From an uncultured Acidobacteriaceae bacterium (lineage in GTDB: Bacteria; Acidobacteriota; Terriglobia; Terriglobales; Acidobacteriaceae), in the NCBI GenBank assembly GCA_964243475.1, contig CAXTEU010000002.1, forward strand, positions 15,758 to 79,757: a DNA stretch of 64,000 nucleotides, in the 5' to 3' direction. Position numbers and translations under genes: made by a program. The notes beneath the pieces are model-generated. The model ran no database searches and had not been told where the DNA came from. It saw only the letters and a list, made by a program, of their open reading frames with translations. Positions 41,535 through 51,426 of this stretch are shown one piece after another. The first letter of the stretch is position 1, and each line of letters begins with the position of its first letter.

Positions 41535-41903
41535 ATGAAGACGACAGTTCCGCTTGAGTCCCGGCCCACCAACAGGTGGGCACAACGCTTCAACAAACAG
41601 AAGATCAAGGATGCCATTCGCACGTTGGCGCCGACCCTCTTTGTGCTCACATTCGCGAGCGTTGCCCATGCCCAAGGAACCATGGACTTCTCAGGCGCTC
41701 AGACGCTTATGGGAACGTTCAAAACCTTCGCAATCTACGCCGGAGCCGTCATCTGCTTTGGTGGTCTCATCTTCGCCGGCATCCGCATGATGTCGGGAAG
41801 GTTCCAGGATGCAATCCCGGGCCTCTTCGGTGCGCTGTTTGGCGCTGGAGTTCTCGGCTGGGGTGCGGGCTGGATTGGCTCTCTCACCGGCCAGTCCATG
41901 TGA
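41535..41903 (+). CDS. virB2: VirB2/TrbC-like pilin
   Basis: Signal ending AHAQ, two hydrophobic helices, first gene of the T4SS operon. Confidence 0.75.
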   Translation: MKTTVPLESRPTNRWAQRFNKQKIKDAIRTLAPTLFVLTFASVAHAQGTMDFSGAQTLMGTFKTFAIYAGAVICFGGLIFAGIRMMSGRFQDAIPGLFGALFGAGVLGWGAGWIGSLTGQSM

Positions 41904-41910
41904 GGGTGCC

Positions 41911-42180
41911 ATGCATACGATCAGGCGGGGAGAACCGTTACCAATCAATCAGGCATTGAACAGGCCGAGAGCCAAGCTAGGGCTTGACCTCTCGGCATGG
42001 ATGGCCATCGTGTTTGTCTGCGTGACGGTTTTCCTCGTCGGGTTCCGAATGCTGGCGATCCTGAGCTTTCCGACGCTCGCGGGCGGCGCATGGTTGATCG
42101 TCCGTAAACACCCAAAGATGTTTCAACTCTGGGGCCTGAGCCTCAACCAGAAGAGCTACTATGACCCGCGCAAACACTGA
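41911..42180 (+). CDS. virB3: VirB3-like protein
   Basis: QALNRPRAKLGL plus two TMs; overlaps virB4. Confidence 0.75.
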   Translation: MHTIRRGEPLPINQALNRPRAKLGLDLSAWMAIVFVCVTVFLVGFRMLAILSFPTLAGGAWLIVRKHPKMFQLWGLSLNQKSYYDPRKH

Positions 42181-44530
42181 ACAGCAAAAACATACCCCGT
42201 GGTTTGCGAAGGCGGGAGCGGCCTGCAGCATCGTGCCGATCTCCCGCTTCGTAGGCCCAAGCATCTTCGCGCTAAAGGGCGGAGGCTACGGATGCCTCCT
42301 CTCTCTCACTGGCTTAGATGAAGAGGGCCTGACCGACCTTGAGCTTGAGGCCCGAGTCCGTCAGGTTGAAGGCGCGTTGCGCGGACTGCCCGAAGGGTCT
42401 TGCCTCTATCAGTACACGCGAGTGATGTCCGGGTTCGATTTACCCCGGCGGAAGCAGTACGGGAACGAGGTGACGGAGACGTTCGCGAGCGACCGTCTCG
42501 CACACCTCGACAAGACGGCAGCGTTTCGCCGTATCGACCTCCACTGGTGCCTGACGCTGGAGCCCTCCCGGGTCAAAGCGTTTCAGCACAAGCCCGATGA
42601 GAATGTTGCTGACACGTCAAGGATGCTCTCCGATCTTGAGAAGACGGCGATCTTGCTGGAAGGCCACCTCGGCAGCTCCCTCGGTCTCAAGTTGCTGGGT
42701 AAGGCCGAAGCCTTCCAGTTCTTCAGCTATTTATTCAATCTGGAGGAGTGGTCAGGCCGCGATCAGCTTCGCGCAGATACCGGTGTTGACCGTCAGATCG
42801 TAAAGAGCTCGGTTGCCTGGCATAGCGATCATGTGCAGATCGGCAAGCGGCACGTTCAGATGTTCTCGCTAAAGACGACTCCGGAGGCATCGCGGCCCTG
42901 CCTGTTCTCCGGTCTGGTGACCCTTGACTGCGACAGTGTGCTGTGCTCGACGTGGCGGGTGAAGTCCACGTCGGCTGCACGCAGCGAGATCGACGCCCAG
43001 GAGAAGTTCATTTCGTTCTTCAAAGTCGGCGTGTTGACCCGTGTGATGAGCGGACGCGACACCGCCTCACTTGACACAGGTGCCGGAGCCAAGGCCGCCA
43101 ACAACAACGTCGATGACCTGAGCGAAGTCATTCGGTCGCTCGACAAGAAGGCCCAAGGCGAGTTCTCACTTCGGCTGTTGCTTGCCGCTCACAGCGCGGA
43201 ACAACTCCGGGATACCATCCCCACCGTCCATCGGATCTTTGTCGATGCCAGGGCTCAAGTGATGGAGGAGACGCTTGGCAATCTCTCCGCCTTCTATGCG
43301 ATGTTCCCCGGCAATCACAAGTTCAACGTCTTCCCGCTATGGCTGGCCGAAGACCACCACGCTCGTCTCTCGTCTGTGTTCGCGCCTAATATCGGACATC
43401 CGCATTCCGAAGACTTGGATTCCGAGTACCTAAACATCTTCGAGACGCGGACACGGACCCCGTTCTTTCAGGACGTGTATGTGGATGGCGTACGGGTCAT
43501 GCTCATCATTGGGCCAACAGGAACCGGAAAGTCGGTCCACGGAAATCAGATCATCTCGCTTGAGCAGAAATATGGGGGTTTCACCTACATCTTCGACATC
43601 GGCGGGAGCTACGAAAGTGTTGTCGAGCTATACGGTGGCAAGGTTGATCGAGTCGGCAAAGATGGCCCACGAGTAAATCCGTTTGCCCTGGAGCCGACCG
43701 AGAGCAATATCAAGTTCCTCTACTCGTTCGTGAAGCTCCTGCTCACGAATGGCGGGGCGGAGCTGGAGCCGGAAGACGACAATCTGATTCATAAGGCCGT
43801 GCAGGATATGTATCTGCTCGACGCGGCGAATCGCCGGCTTTCGAATCTGTTCCTTCCGAAGAAGCTCGACAGGTATCTGGCCAAGTGGGTTGGGAAGGGT
43901 ATTTACAACGCGATCTTCGACAACGTGGACGATAGCCTCTCGCTATCGCGGCTCCAATGCTTCGACTTCCAGGGTGTAAACAACGAGCAGTATGCCGACC
44001 TGATCGAGCCGTTGATGGTTTGGCTACTACGCAGGATCAACGACGTTCTCTACAACCCCGCCAATCTCGGAGTTCCGAAGCACATCCTCATCGAGGAGAT
44101 CTTCTCTTCGATGAAGAACAAGCAACTCCTGGATGGAGCATTGGCTTCGATCAAGACCGTCCGCAAGAACCTTGGCGGGGTCACCATGATCGGCCAGTCC
44201 GCCGATGACTTGGGCGCGAATGCTGACAGCATCGTGAACTCCTGCACGTCGTTTCTCTTCTTGAAAGACGCGACGTTCAACCGGAAGCGTTACGCCGAGC
44301 TATTCAAGATGAACGTGCAGCAACTCGCTCTCTTCGAGAGCTTGCAGGACCGCGAAGGACTTTACATGCGGCGCGATGGGTTGACGAAGGTCGTCACCCT
44401 GAATCTGGACAGCCGCAGCTACGCAACATTTTCGACCAAGCCCAAGGACCGTGTACGCCGGACTAAGCTGATCGAAAAGTACGGACTCTCTGAGGGCATC
44501 TCCCGCTTTGCCCAGGGCGAGGCTGTGTAA
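42161..44530 (+). CDS. virB4: VirB4/TrbE ATPase
   Basis: Walker A GPTGTGKS, FDIGGSY, ILIEEIF, VRKNLGG. Confidence 0.9.
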   Translation: MTRANTEQQKHTPWFAKAGAACSIVPISRFVGPSIFALKGGGYGCLLSLTGLDEEGLTDLELEARVRQVEGALRGLPEGSCLYQYTRVMSGFDLPRRKQYGNEVTETFASDRLAHLDKTAAFRRIDLHWCLTLEPSRVKAFQHKPDENVADTSRMLSDLEKTAILLEGHLGSSLGLKLLGKAEAFQFFSYLFNLEEWSGRDQLRADTGVDRQIVKSSVAWHSDHVQIGKRHVQMFSLKTTPEASRPCLFSGLVTLDCDSVLCSTWRVKSTSAARSEIDAQEKFISFFKVGVLTRVMSGRDTASLDTGAGAKAANNNVDDLSEVIRSLDKKAQGEFSLRLLLAAHSAEQLRDTIPTVHRIFVDARAQVMEETLGNLSAFYAMFPGNHKFNVFPLWLAEDHHARLSSVFAPNIGHPHSEDLDSEYLNIFETRTRTPFFQDVYVDGVRVMLIIGPTGTGKSVHGNQIISLEQKYGGFTYIFDIGGSYESVVELYGGKVDRVGKDGPRVNPFALEPTESNIKFLYSFVKLLLTNGGAELEPEDDNLIHKAVQDMYLLDAANRRLSNLFLPKKLDRYLAKWVGKGIYNAIFDNVDDSLSLSRLQCFDFQGVNNEQYADLIEPLMVWLLRRINDVLYNPANLGVPKHILIEEIFSSMKNKQLLDGALASIKTVRKNLGGVTMIGQSADDLGANADSIVNSCTSFLFLKDATFNRKRYAELFKMNVQQLALFESLQDREGLYMRRDGLTKVVTLNLDSRSYATFSTKPKDRVRRTKLIEKYGLSEGISRFAQGEAV

Positions 44531-44563
44531 CCTGCATCACCATTTCACAACCAAAGGGCCCCT

Positions 44564-45403
44564 ATGAAACCGCCGATGATCCTAACCGTCACGTCTCTTC
44601 TCTCCCTCGTCTGTGCTGTCTCCCAGGCATCGCCTGCGACTTTGCCGCATCGCCTTGAGCCGAACGCTCCGCGTTCCGTCACCGTATCCGAGGCGCAGAC
44701 GCCGCCCGTCATACGGGCCGGGCTGCTGCAATCCACCCTTATTCTTCTACCCGCCGAGGAGAAGATTGCGACCGTCTTCGGTGGAGACACGGTGGACTGG
44801 GTGTTCGATGGCGGCCATGTAGCCAGCCGCTTCATCAGCGTCAAGCCAAAGCTCGCGAACACAACCACTGACATTCACATTGTGTCTGATCACGGCAACG
44901 AATACACCTTGCAACTTCAGGAGATCTCCGGTGACGCGGACGCGCACTTCGATTCCAAGGTCTTCATCCTGCCCGGTGATAAGGCCGCGAAGGACAGGCT
45001 TACCGACATGCCCGTCTTCGTACCCGCCGCTGAGCTGGACAAGGCCAAGCAGGAAGCCGCCGCAGCCAAGGCCGCGCAAGCTGCCGAGTTGAAAACGGAA
45101 GAAGCCAAAGCTGAGACCTATCGCAGCCAATACCCGGGCAGTCTTCACTTCGATTTCACCTGGGACGAGAAAAAGGGTAAAGAGCTTGGCCTGCAGCAGA
45201 TATGGCATGACGACAAGTTCACCTACCTGCGCGGTCAGTTTCAAGAGACGCCTGCGCTGTATGAGCTGAAGGATGGCAAAGGATCGCTCATCAACTTCGA
45301 CTACAACGCCGGCCTGTACACCGTACCGAAGCAGTTGGAGACGGGCTATCTCGCGATTGGCAAGAAGCGCGTGGACTTCCACCGTAGCGAGGAGAAGAAC
45401 TAG
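44564..45403 (+). CDS. virB9: VirB9/TrbG-like outer-membrane core protein
   Basis: Signal peptide, ISVKP..TDIHIV, IWHDDKFTYL..PALYE. Confidence 0.82.
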   Translation: MKPPMILTVTSLLSLVCAVSQASPATLPHRLEPNAPRSVTVSEAQTPPVIRAGLLQSTLILLPAEEKIATVFGGDTVDWVFDGGHVASRFISVKPKLANTTTDIHIVSDHGNEYTLQLQEISGDADAHFDSKVFILPGDKAAKDRLTDMPVFVPAAELDKAKQEAAAAKAAQAAELKTEEAKAETYRSQYPGSLHFDFTWDEKKGKELGLQQIWHDDKFTYLRGQFQETPALYELKDGKGSLINFDYNAGLYTVPKQLETGYLAIGKKRVDFHRSEEKN

Positions 45404-45405
45404 CC

Positions 45406-46725
45406 ATGACCGAACAGAATCCCAACCCGCCCGCTACCGTTCCCGCGCAGCGTGAAGCTGTGGGGCCAGTGAAGAAGAGTACGCCCGTCATCATCGCGCT
45501 TGTCGTGATCGTCGGCCTCATAGGACTCGCGAACATATCGAGCCTTGTGAGCGGCAAGAAGAGAACCGCACCGCAGAGCGCTTTGCCGATGCGTCCTGCT
45601 ACTGCAAATCCCCACCAGGTCTCCAGTTTCGAGACGCAGCAGGCGACGGAAGCGAAGCGAGATTCCGAGGATCAGCAGCGGAGGCAGGAGCTTGCCGCCG
45701 AGATGCAGCAACTTCAGGCTGCGCAGAATGTGCCAGGCCCCGAGGTAGCAGGAGCACCGCCCATGACTGCTGCCCAGCGTTCGGCGATGTATGGCGACAG
45801 CCCAAATGCACCGAGCAAGACCTCCAATGTCTCGCAGGTACAAGCTGAGGCGAAACAGAAGGCTCTGGAGAAAGAGAAGTTGCATCAGGATGCGCTCAAC
45901 AGCGACACCGTTGCCATCGACTTCGCTCATCCGACGACCGCTACGCCCGCCGCAGGTTCGCTCGCATCTCAACCCACCGCCGTATTGGGCGAGCGTGAGG
46001 AGATGTCACCGAGCGCAGCGTCAGTTCCCGTGGCGGGAGAAGCCAGGAGGGCCGGAAGCGCTCAGACTGTCTTGGACCAGCAGCCGAAGTTGGCCGGTAA
46101 GAGCAATCCGATGGCACCCTACGACTTCGATTCCTATCAGGGTCAGCTTTACCGGGTCTTTGAAGGAACCGTGCTGGAAGGTGTCGTTACGAATCATATC
46201 GACGGCGGCTTGAACGGGCCAATCCTCATCATGCTCACGACCGACTACTATTCGCACGACCACCAGCAGCTTCTCATGCCGCAAGGTACAAGGCTGATTG
46301 GGACAGTCCAAAGCGTCGGCAATGCGCAGCAGCGGAAGATGTTCGTTACCTTCCATCGTGCAATCTGCCCGGATGGTTTCTCCTTGGAACTCGACAAGTA
46401 CGTCGGCCTCGACCCGCTTGGCACGACCGGCCTGGCTACCAAGGTTGACCACGGCTACTTGCAGGCGTTCGCGGCAGCGGCAGCGGTAGGCGGTTTGGGC
46501 GGCCTCGCACAGATCGGCAACAGCGGCAGTGTTCTATCGCCCTCGACCCAGATCCGTGACGGCATATCGGAGCAGTCCGCAGCCGAGGGAGAACAAGTGC
46601 TCAACCATTTTCTCAATCGGCTCCCGATCATCACGCTCAAGGAAGGTTCGCGTGCCCGCGTCTACATCGGCACGGACATCCTGATCCCGTCCTACGCGGA
46701 ACACCGCGTCGATTCAACGCTATAG
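45406..46725 (+). CDS. virB10: VirB10/TrbI-like core protein
   Basis: N-terminal TM, EGTVLEGVV, LMPQGTRLIG, PIITLKEG. Confidence 0.88.
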   Translation: MTEQNPNPPATVPAQREAVGPVKKSTPVIIALVVIVGLIGLANISSLVSGKKRTAPQSALPMRPATANPHQVSSFETQQATEAKRDSEDQQRRQELAAEMQQLQAAQNVPGPEVAGAPPMTAAQRSAMYGDSPNAPSKTSNVSQVQAEAKQKALEKEKLHQDALNSDTVAIDFAHPTTATPAAGSLASQPTAVLGEREEMSPSAASVPVAGEARRAGSAQTVLDQQPKLAGKSNPMAPYDFDSYQGQLYRVFEGTVLEGVVTNHIDGGLNGPILIMLTTDYYSHDHQQLLMPQGTRLIGTVQSVGNAQQRKMFVTFHRAICPDGFSLELDKYVGLDPLGTTGLATKVDHGYLQAFAAAAAVGGLGGLAQIGNSGSVLSPSTQIRDGISEQSAAEGEQVLNHFLNRLPIITLKEGSRARVYIGTDILIPSYAEHRVDSTL

Positions 46726-46747
46726 CCGTGCGCGTCTGGAGGCTTAG

Positions 46748-46960
46748 ATGAAGGTCCATATTCCCAAAATCGCGCTCTCACTGGCCTTAGCTGTGCCTGC
46801 CATCTGCTTCGCAGCCCATATCGTGCGGACAGTCAACGCAAGCGATGCCATCGACACCGTCTTGTTTTATGCCGACGTGCCCGCCCGTATCAGCGACGCC
46901 ATCACCAACTTCGAAACGCTTCCGGAGCGGATGAACCCGACCCGCTCTGAGTGCAACTAA
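46748..46960 (+). CDS. Small secreted hypothetical protein in the T4SS operon
   Basis: GGAGG RBS; signal-like N-terminus. Confidence 0.5.
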   Translation: MKVHIPKIALSLALAVPAICFAAHIVRTVNASDAIDTVLFYADVPARISDAITNFETLPERMNPTRSECN

Positions 46961-46983
46961 CCCTCAACCCTTCAGGAGCCTCT

Positions 46984-47772
46984 ATGAAGTTCACCCTAAA
47001 CAAACAACGGAACTACCTGCTCGCGGGCGGGCTGCTTCTGGCGACAGCGACGCCGAGCTTCGCGCTCTTCGGCATCGGAGACATCGTCTTCGATCCCACG
47101 AGCTACGCGAGTCTCGTATCCCAGCTAACCACTCTTGAGTCGCAGTACAACATGCTCAAGAACAATGTCACCCACTTTTCGTTCAAGCAGCAATGGCAGA
47201 CGACGCTCAATGCGCTCAAGAACGCGAACGTGGCGAATATGTTCGGCGAAACGGCGGGCGTTAACGTCGCGCTCAACACCAACTCGCCGAGTGCATCGTT
47301 GACAGCGTGGAAGACGGCGACCGTCCCGGTCAGCTCTGGTACGTCCACCTACCTGAAAGGGCAGACGGTCGGCAACAGCGCCCAGCTCTCGCAACTCGCG
47401 ATGATCGAGATGTCCGATTCGGTCTCGCCTGACTGCCTCACGGCAGTCGGACAGTACCGGGCGGGGCGCAGCCAGAACGGTACAGCCAGCAGCTCTCTAA
47501 CGCAGCAGCAGTTCGATGCAACCTCGGCGACAAATAGCGAGGTACAGCAGTTAAACCTCCTGAACGCCGCTCAAGCCCAACAGTTGACCGAGATGCAGTC
47601 CCAGGCCGCGATGCACGTCTGCCTTGCCTCTCAGATGACCGTGTCGAACATGCAGCAGCGGAACGCCGCAGCCGCCGACCTGAACACGGCAGCGGCGGTC
47701 CAACAGCAGCGCACGGTGAATGACACCAGCGCTGCCAATGAAGGCAGCACCTGGACGACCTACTTGCCCTAA
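46984..47772 (+). CDS. VirB5/TrbJ-like protein
   Basis: Signal peptide, FGIGDIVFDPTSYA, Gln-rich helices. Confidence 0.72.
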   Translation: MKFTLNKQRNYLLAGGLLLATATPSFALFGIGDIVFDPTSYASLVSQLTTLESQYNMLKNNVTHFSFKQQWQTTLNALKNANVANMFGETAGVNVALNTNSPSASLTAWKTATVPVSSGTSTYLKGQTVGNSAQLSQLAMIEMSDSVSPDCLTAVGQYRAGRSQNGTASSSLTQQQFDATSATNSEVQQLNLLNAAQAQQLTEMQSQAAMHVCLASQMTVSNMQQRNAAAADLNTAAAVQQQRTVNDTSAANEGSTWTTYLP

Positions 47773-47784
47773 TTCGGAGAAGAA

Positions 47785-48054
47785 ATGCTGACAGCAATCA
47801 ATACGAAGATTCTCCTTGCAATCCTTGCGGCACTGACCGTCATAGGCGGTGCCGCCATTTATCAACGCGACCAAGCGACGAAAGCGGCCGCAGCCGCCGC
47901 AAAGGCAGCTGAAATTCTTCAGTTACAAAAGGACGACAACGACTACCTCAAGCAGGAAAACGAGGCCCTTCGAAAAAAGGTTGAGGCAGACAAGAAGCCG
48001 CACAGCTCAGCGGCGGCCCATGAGGGCAAGACCTGGAAGACCTACATCCTCTAG
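47785..48054 (+). CDS. Small membrane protein in the TrbK position (entry-exclusion candidate)
   Basis: One TM plus coiled coil, between TrbJ-like and VirB6 genes. Confidence 0.6.
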   Translation: MLTAINTKILLAILAALTVIGGAAIYQRDQATKAAAAAAKAAEILQLQKDDNDYLKQENEALRKKVEADKKPHSSAAAHEGKTWKTYIL

Positions 48055-48099
48055 CCCCGGACTGAAGCCGAGTCCAAGAACCCAGAGAGAGCACCCACC

Positions 48100-49020
48100 A
48101 TGTCTTCCATTGTGTTGCTAGCCCAAGCCCTTCCCAGCGCGAGTTCCGGCGTTGACTGGCTGTATCAGTTCACGAACAATCTGACCAACCTGACGACACA
48201 GAATGGCGGAGCTCTCACTCAGCTTGGGATGACCGAATTAGCCTGCATTTCATTCTTTATGCTCGTCAGCATGGTTGTGAACTGGCAGACCTCTACGATG
48301 ACGTTCCGTCTGCATCATCACCCGATTCAAGCGGGCGACCTGACCAAGTTTCTGCTTCAGCTCATCATCTGCTGTCTCTTGGAGACCTACTGGGTCAATC
48401 CGTTCCCCGGCGCGAGCTTCGGCATCAACCACTTCTTTTCCTACATTGCCCAGGCGATGGTCGCCGCCTTCGATCAGAGTTCGCTTGACTCGTTGCTACA
48501 GTTGCTCAAGACTGCCGGCGATCAGACCCAAATGCCCTCATTCACGGCACCGGTTCAGATCCTCTGCTACTTCCTTGTGCAGATACTTTTAGGGCTGGCC
48601 TCTGCCATTCTTTTCCTCATCAATTGCAGTGCGTTCATCCTCTACGGTGTGACCGCTCTATTCGGGCCAATTTTCGTCCCGTTGCTGATGACCAAGACCT
48701 TCCGTGCGAAGTTCTTTCATTTCCTCGACGTCCTTATCAGCTTTGCCATGATTCGGGCCGTTGCCGCCGCCTTTATTTTCGTCTGGGCCGGGTTCCTAAA
48801 CGGTTTCATTCAGCAGACATTCAATGGCAACTATTCGATGGAAGTGTGGCTTGCAAATCTGATCCCCTGCACGATGGTTTTTATCGCCTTCATTATCAAC
48901 ATGCTCTTCATTCCCAGCATGACCCAAGCGATCTTCGGTGGGGCAGCCGGAATGGCATCCAATATTAGTCAGACTATAGGCGGAGCGGTCACGACAGGAG
49001 TGCTCCGCGGCGGAGGCTAA
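48100..49020 (+). CDS. virB6: VirB6/TrbL-like polytopic membrane protein
   Basis: Multiple TMs, LFGPIFVPLL. Confidence 0.8.
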   Translation: MSSIVLLAQALPSASSGVDWLYQFTNNLTNLTTQNGGALTQLGMTELACISFFMLVSMVVNWQTSTMTFRLHHHPIQAGDLTKFLLQLIICCLLETYWVNPFPGASFGINHFFSYIAQAMVAAFDQSSLDSLLQLLKTAGDQTQMPSFTAPVQILCYFLVQILLGLASAILFLINCSAFILYGVTALFGPIFVPLLMTKTFRAKFFHFLDVLISFAMIRAVAAAFIFVWAGFLNGFIQQTFNGNYSMEVWLANLIPCTMVFIAFIINMLFIPSMTQAIFGGAAGMASNISQTIGGAVTTGVLRGGG

Positions 49021-49022
49021 AC

Positions 49023-49193
49023 ATGCTTGGATTCCTTCTCGGCTTTCTCACATTTTCACGTGTTCGGTCTACAACGCTAAGGATCATTCTGATCGTAATA
49101 ACCATTGGTTTGTTGATCGCTGGTTTGCTTTACGCCTTCGCAGTGTTCAGCGCCGTTTTTGAAAGGAGCAGCGCCTCTCATGTCCACAGCTAA
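49023..49193 (+). CDS. 56-aa membrane protein (below the ORF-track cutoff)
   Basis: MLGFLLGFLTFSRVRSTTLRIILIVITIGLLIAGLLYAFAVFSAVFERSSASHVHS; starts 2 nt after virB6 and overlaps virB8. Confidence 0.6.
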   Translation: MLGFLLGFLTFSRVRSTTLRIILIVITIGLLIAGLLYAFAVFSAVFERSSASHVHS

Positions 49194-49986
49194 TTTGCAC
49201 GCTGAAGCCGTACTCACTCCGCAGCAATCCCTCTTGACCGACGAGATTGGGAATGAAGTCTACGCCTCCCACTATTCCGAACGGAAGCTCAGTCGATTCG
49301 TCATCGGAACTGAGACGGTTCTACTGCTTGTAGCTTTCGGATTAATCTTCTCTCTGGCACACCGCCCAATTGCTAATCGGTATATCCGGATCGACGAGAT
49401 GGGCCGCGCCCAGGCCATTGCCTACACCGACCTCAACTACAGTCCCCGAGAGGGCGAGGTGCGGACGTATCTGACAGATTGGGCGAACTATCGGTACACC
49501 GTCAACCGTGACACCATCGCCAAGAAGTATCCGCTCAACTACTACTTCTTGTCGCAGAATCTGGCTTCGCAGTTGATGGGCCAGGATAACCAGAATCACC
49601 TTGTCTCGCAGGTTGTCGGTGGACAGATCGAAAAGAGTGATGTGGAGGTCAAGAACGTCACCATCACGACCATGTCGGAGGAGACTGTTCAGAATGCGAC
49701 GATCGCCCGAGGGACTGCGCTGGTCACCATCGACAAGCTGTACTCACTGCGCAACTCTCGGGAGCCCAGAACGGAACACTGGTTACTGAGTGTCACCTAT
49801 TATCTGAATCCCAAGCAGGTAAGCGACCAGGCTAAAGTCTTCCCCCAGTTCGAGACAATCAATCCGCTTGGATTGACCATCACGGAGTTCCACGAAAACC
49901 GGATGTCCGTCGATCCAATGCCGATCGGTGTCAACGCTGCCTCACCAGCGGCGGCGACATCGCCAGTCGCGGAGGAAACGCGATGA
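49180..49986 (+). CDS. virB8: VirB8/TrbF-like protein
   Basis: AAGGAG RBS, one TM, YIRIDEMG, INPLGLTITEF. Confidence 0.82.
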   Translation: MSTANLHAEAVLTPQQSLLTDEIGNEVYASHYSERKLSRFVIGTETVLLLVAFGLIFSLAHRPIANRYIRIDEMGRAQAIAYTDLNYSPREGEVRTYLTDWANYRYTVNRDTIAKKYPLNYYFLSQNLASQLMGQDNQNHLVSQVVGGQIEKSDVEVKNVTITTMSEETVQNATIARGTALVTIDKLYSLRNSREPRTEHWLLSVTYYLNPKQVSDQAKVFPQFETINPLGLTITEFHENRMSVDPMPIGVNAASPAAATSPVAEETR

Positions 49987-50951
49987 GCTACCACCTCATA
50001 CTGCCATTCTTTCCCGAAGAACTGCGGGAGCTATTGCTTGACCCGTCCATCTCGGACTTGATGATTAATGGGACGACCGGTGTGTATGCGGATAGAGCCG
50101 GGGTCGTGCAGCACATTCCGCTGTCCGAGCCGTACACCAACGACCGACTGCAGGCGGCTATCGAGCGGGTTGCCAGGATTCTTGGTCAGGATCTTACGAC
50201 CCAGAATCCAATCCTCAATACCCGGCTGCCGGACGGTTCTCGTGTCGCCGTTGTCGGTGCGCCATCGTCAATCAATGGGCCGACCTTGACCATCCGCAAG
50301 TTCAACCGTTGGTATACCTCCGACGAGCTGATTGATTCGGGGAGTATGCCTGCCCATGTGCGGGACACTGTGGTCGAACTCATCGGCAAGAAGAAGAATG
50401 GCATCATCAGCGGCGGAACTGGCTCTGGGAAGACGACCTTGATGAAGGCGTTCCTTGACCACATTCCAGAAACCGAGCGGCTGCTCATTATCGAGCAACC
50501 GGCAGAACTAAAAGTCGCCCACAAGAACGCCGTTCGTTGGGAGGCTGTCGAGGAGATACCGGGTCAGGTTGCCATCACGCCAAGCGAGCTATTGGCAGCA
50601 GCCCTCCGGCATCGTCCAGATCGGATCATCATGGGCGAGATCCGCAACGAATGCGGTTATGACTTGCTTCAAGCGATGAACACGGGGCATGGCGGAACGC
50701 TGTCTACGATCCACGCGAAATCGGCGTGGGATGCGCTGAACCGTCTCTCCAATCTTGCCCTCAGTGCGAGACCCAATCTCAACCACGCCTTCATGCGGTC
50801 TGAGACGGCGGAAGCGATCGACTTCGTGCTCTATTGCGAGCGCGACCATACAGGCCGGCGTCGAGTCCGCGAGTTGATTACAGTCGGTGGCTACAGCCAT
50901 GCAGACCAGAGCTTCCAGACCGAGGAGGTCTACCGCGCCTCCGCAGCCTAA
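49983..50951 (+). CDS. virB11: VirB11/CpaF-family ATPase
   Basis: GGTGSGKTT, ALRHRPDRIIMGEIR, NTGHGGTLSTIHA. Confidence 0.9.
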   Translation: MSYHLILPFFPEELRELLLDPSISDLMINGTTGVYADRAGVVQHIPLSEPYTNDRLQAAIERVARILGQDLTTQNPILNTRLPDGSRVAVVGAPSSINGPTLTIRKFNRWYTSDELIDSGSMPAHVRDTVVELIGKKKNGIISGGTGSGKTTLMKAFLDHIPETERLLIIEQPAELKVAHKNAVRWEAVEEIPGQVAITPSELLAAALRHRPDRIIMGEIRNECGYDLLQAMNTGHGGTLSTIHAKSAWDALNRLSNLALSARPNLNHAFMRSETAEAIDFVLYCERDHTGRRRVRELITVGGYSHADQSFQTEEVYRASAA

Positions 50952-51426
50952 CGCCCAGTCCGAACGCTAGAGAACCCAACCCGTATCCGAGGTCTTACCG
51001 ATGCACCCTCATGCTCCCCATTCGGCGGCACAGCCCCACCTGTCTCTAAAGCCCTTCAGCGCACAGTCTATGAGCGGTGAAGAGCGGAACGGCAGTTGCC
51101 AAAGGCCGTCCTTCTACGGCACTCAAGCCAGCAGCGATGACCTGCGGTTTGGGCGAACATTCGCCGCCGACGAGCGAGAGGCTGACTTCGGTCCAGAGGG
51201 ATTCATCCGGCTCGTATCCCGCCTTTGCACGGTCACTGCTTCGGGGCTTAACCGGCGCCCTGCGGCGCTGCGCTCTTCTGCTTTGACTGCGTCGCCCTTT
51301 GGGTTACGGTTTCCAGCTTCGCCGGACCCTCCGCAAATGCAGAGCTTGGCACTTGGGAGCCGGGCCCACTTCGCTTATTAGTGACCCGAGCAAGATCGGG
51401 AAAGTCAACTCACGGAGACTACCACC

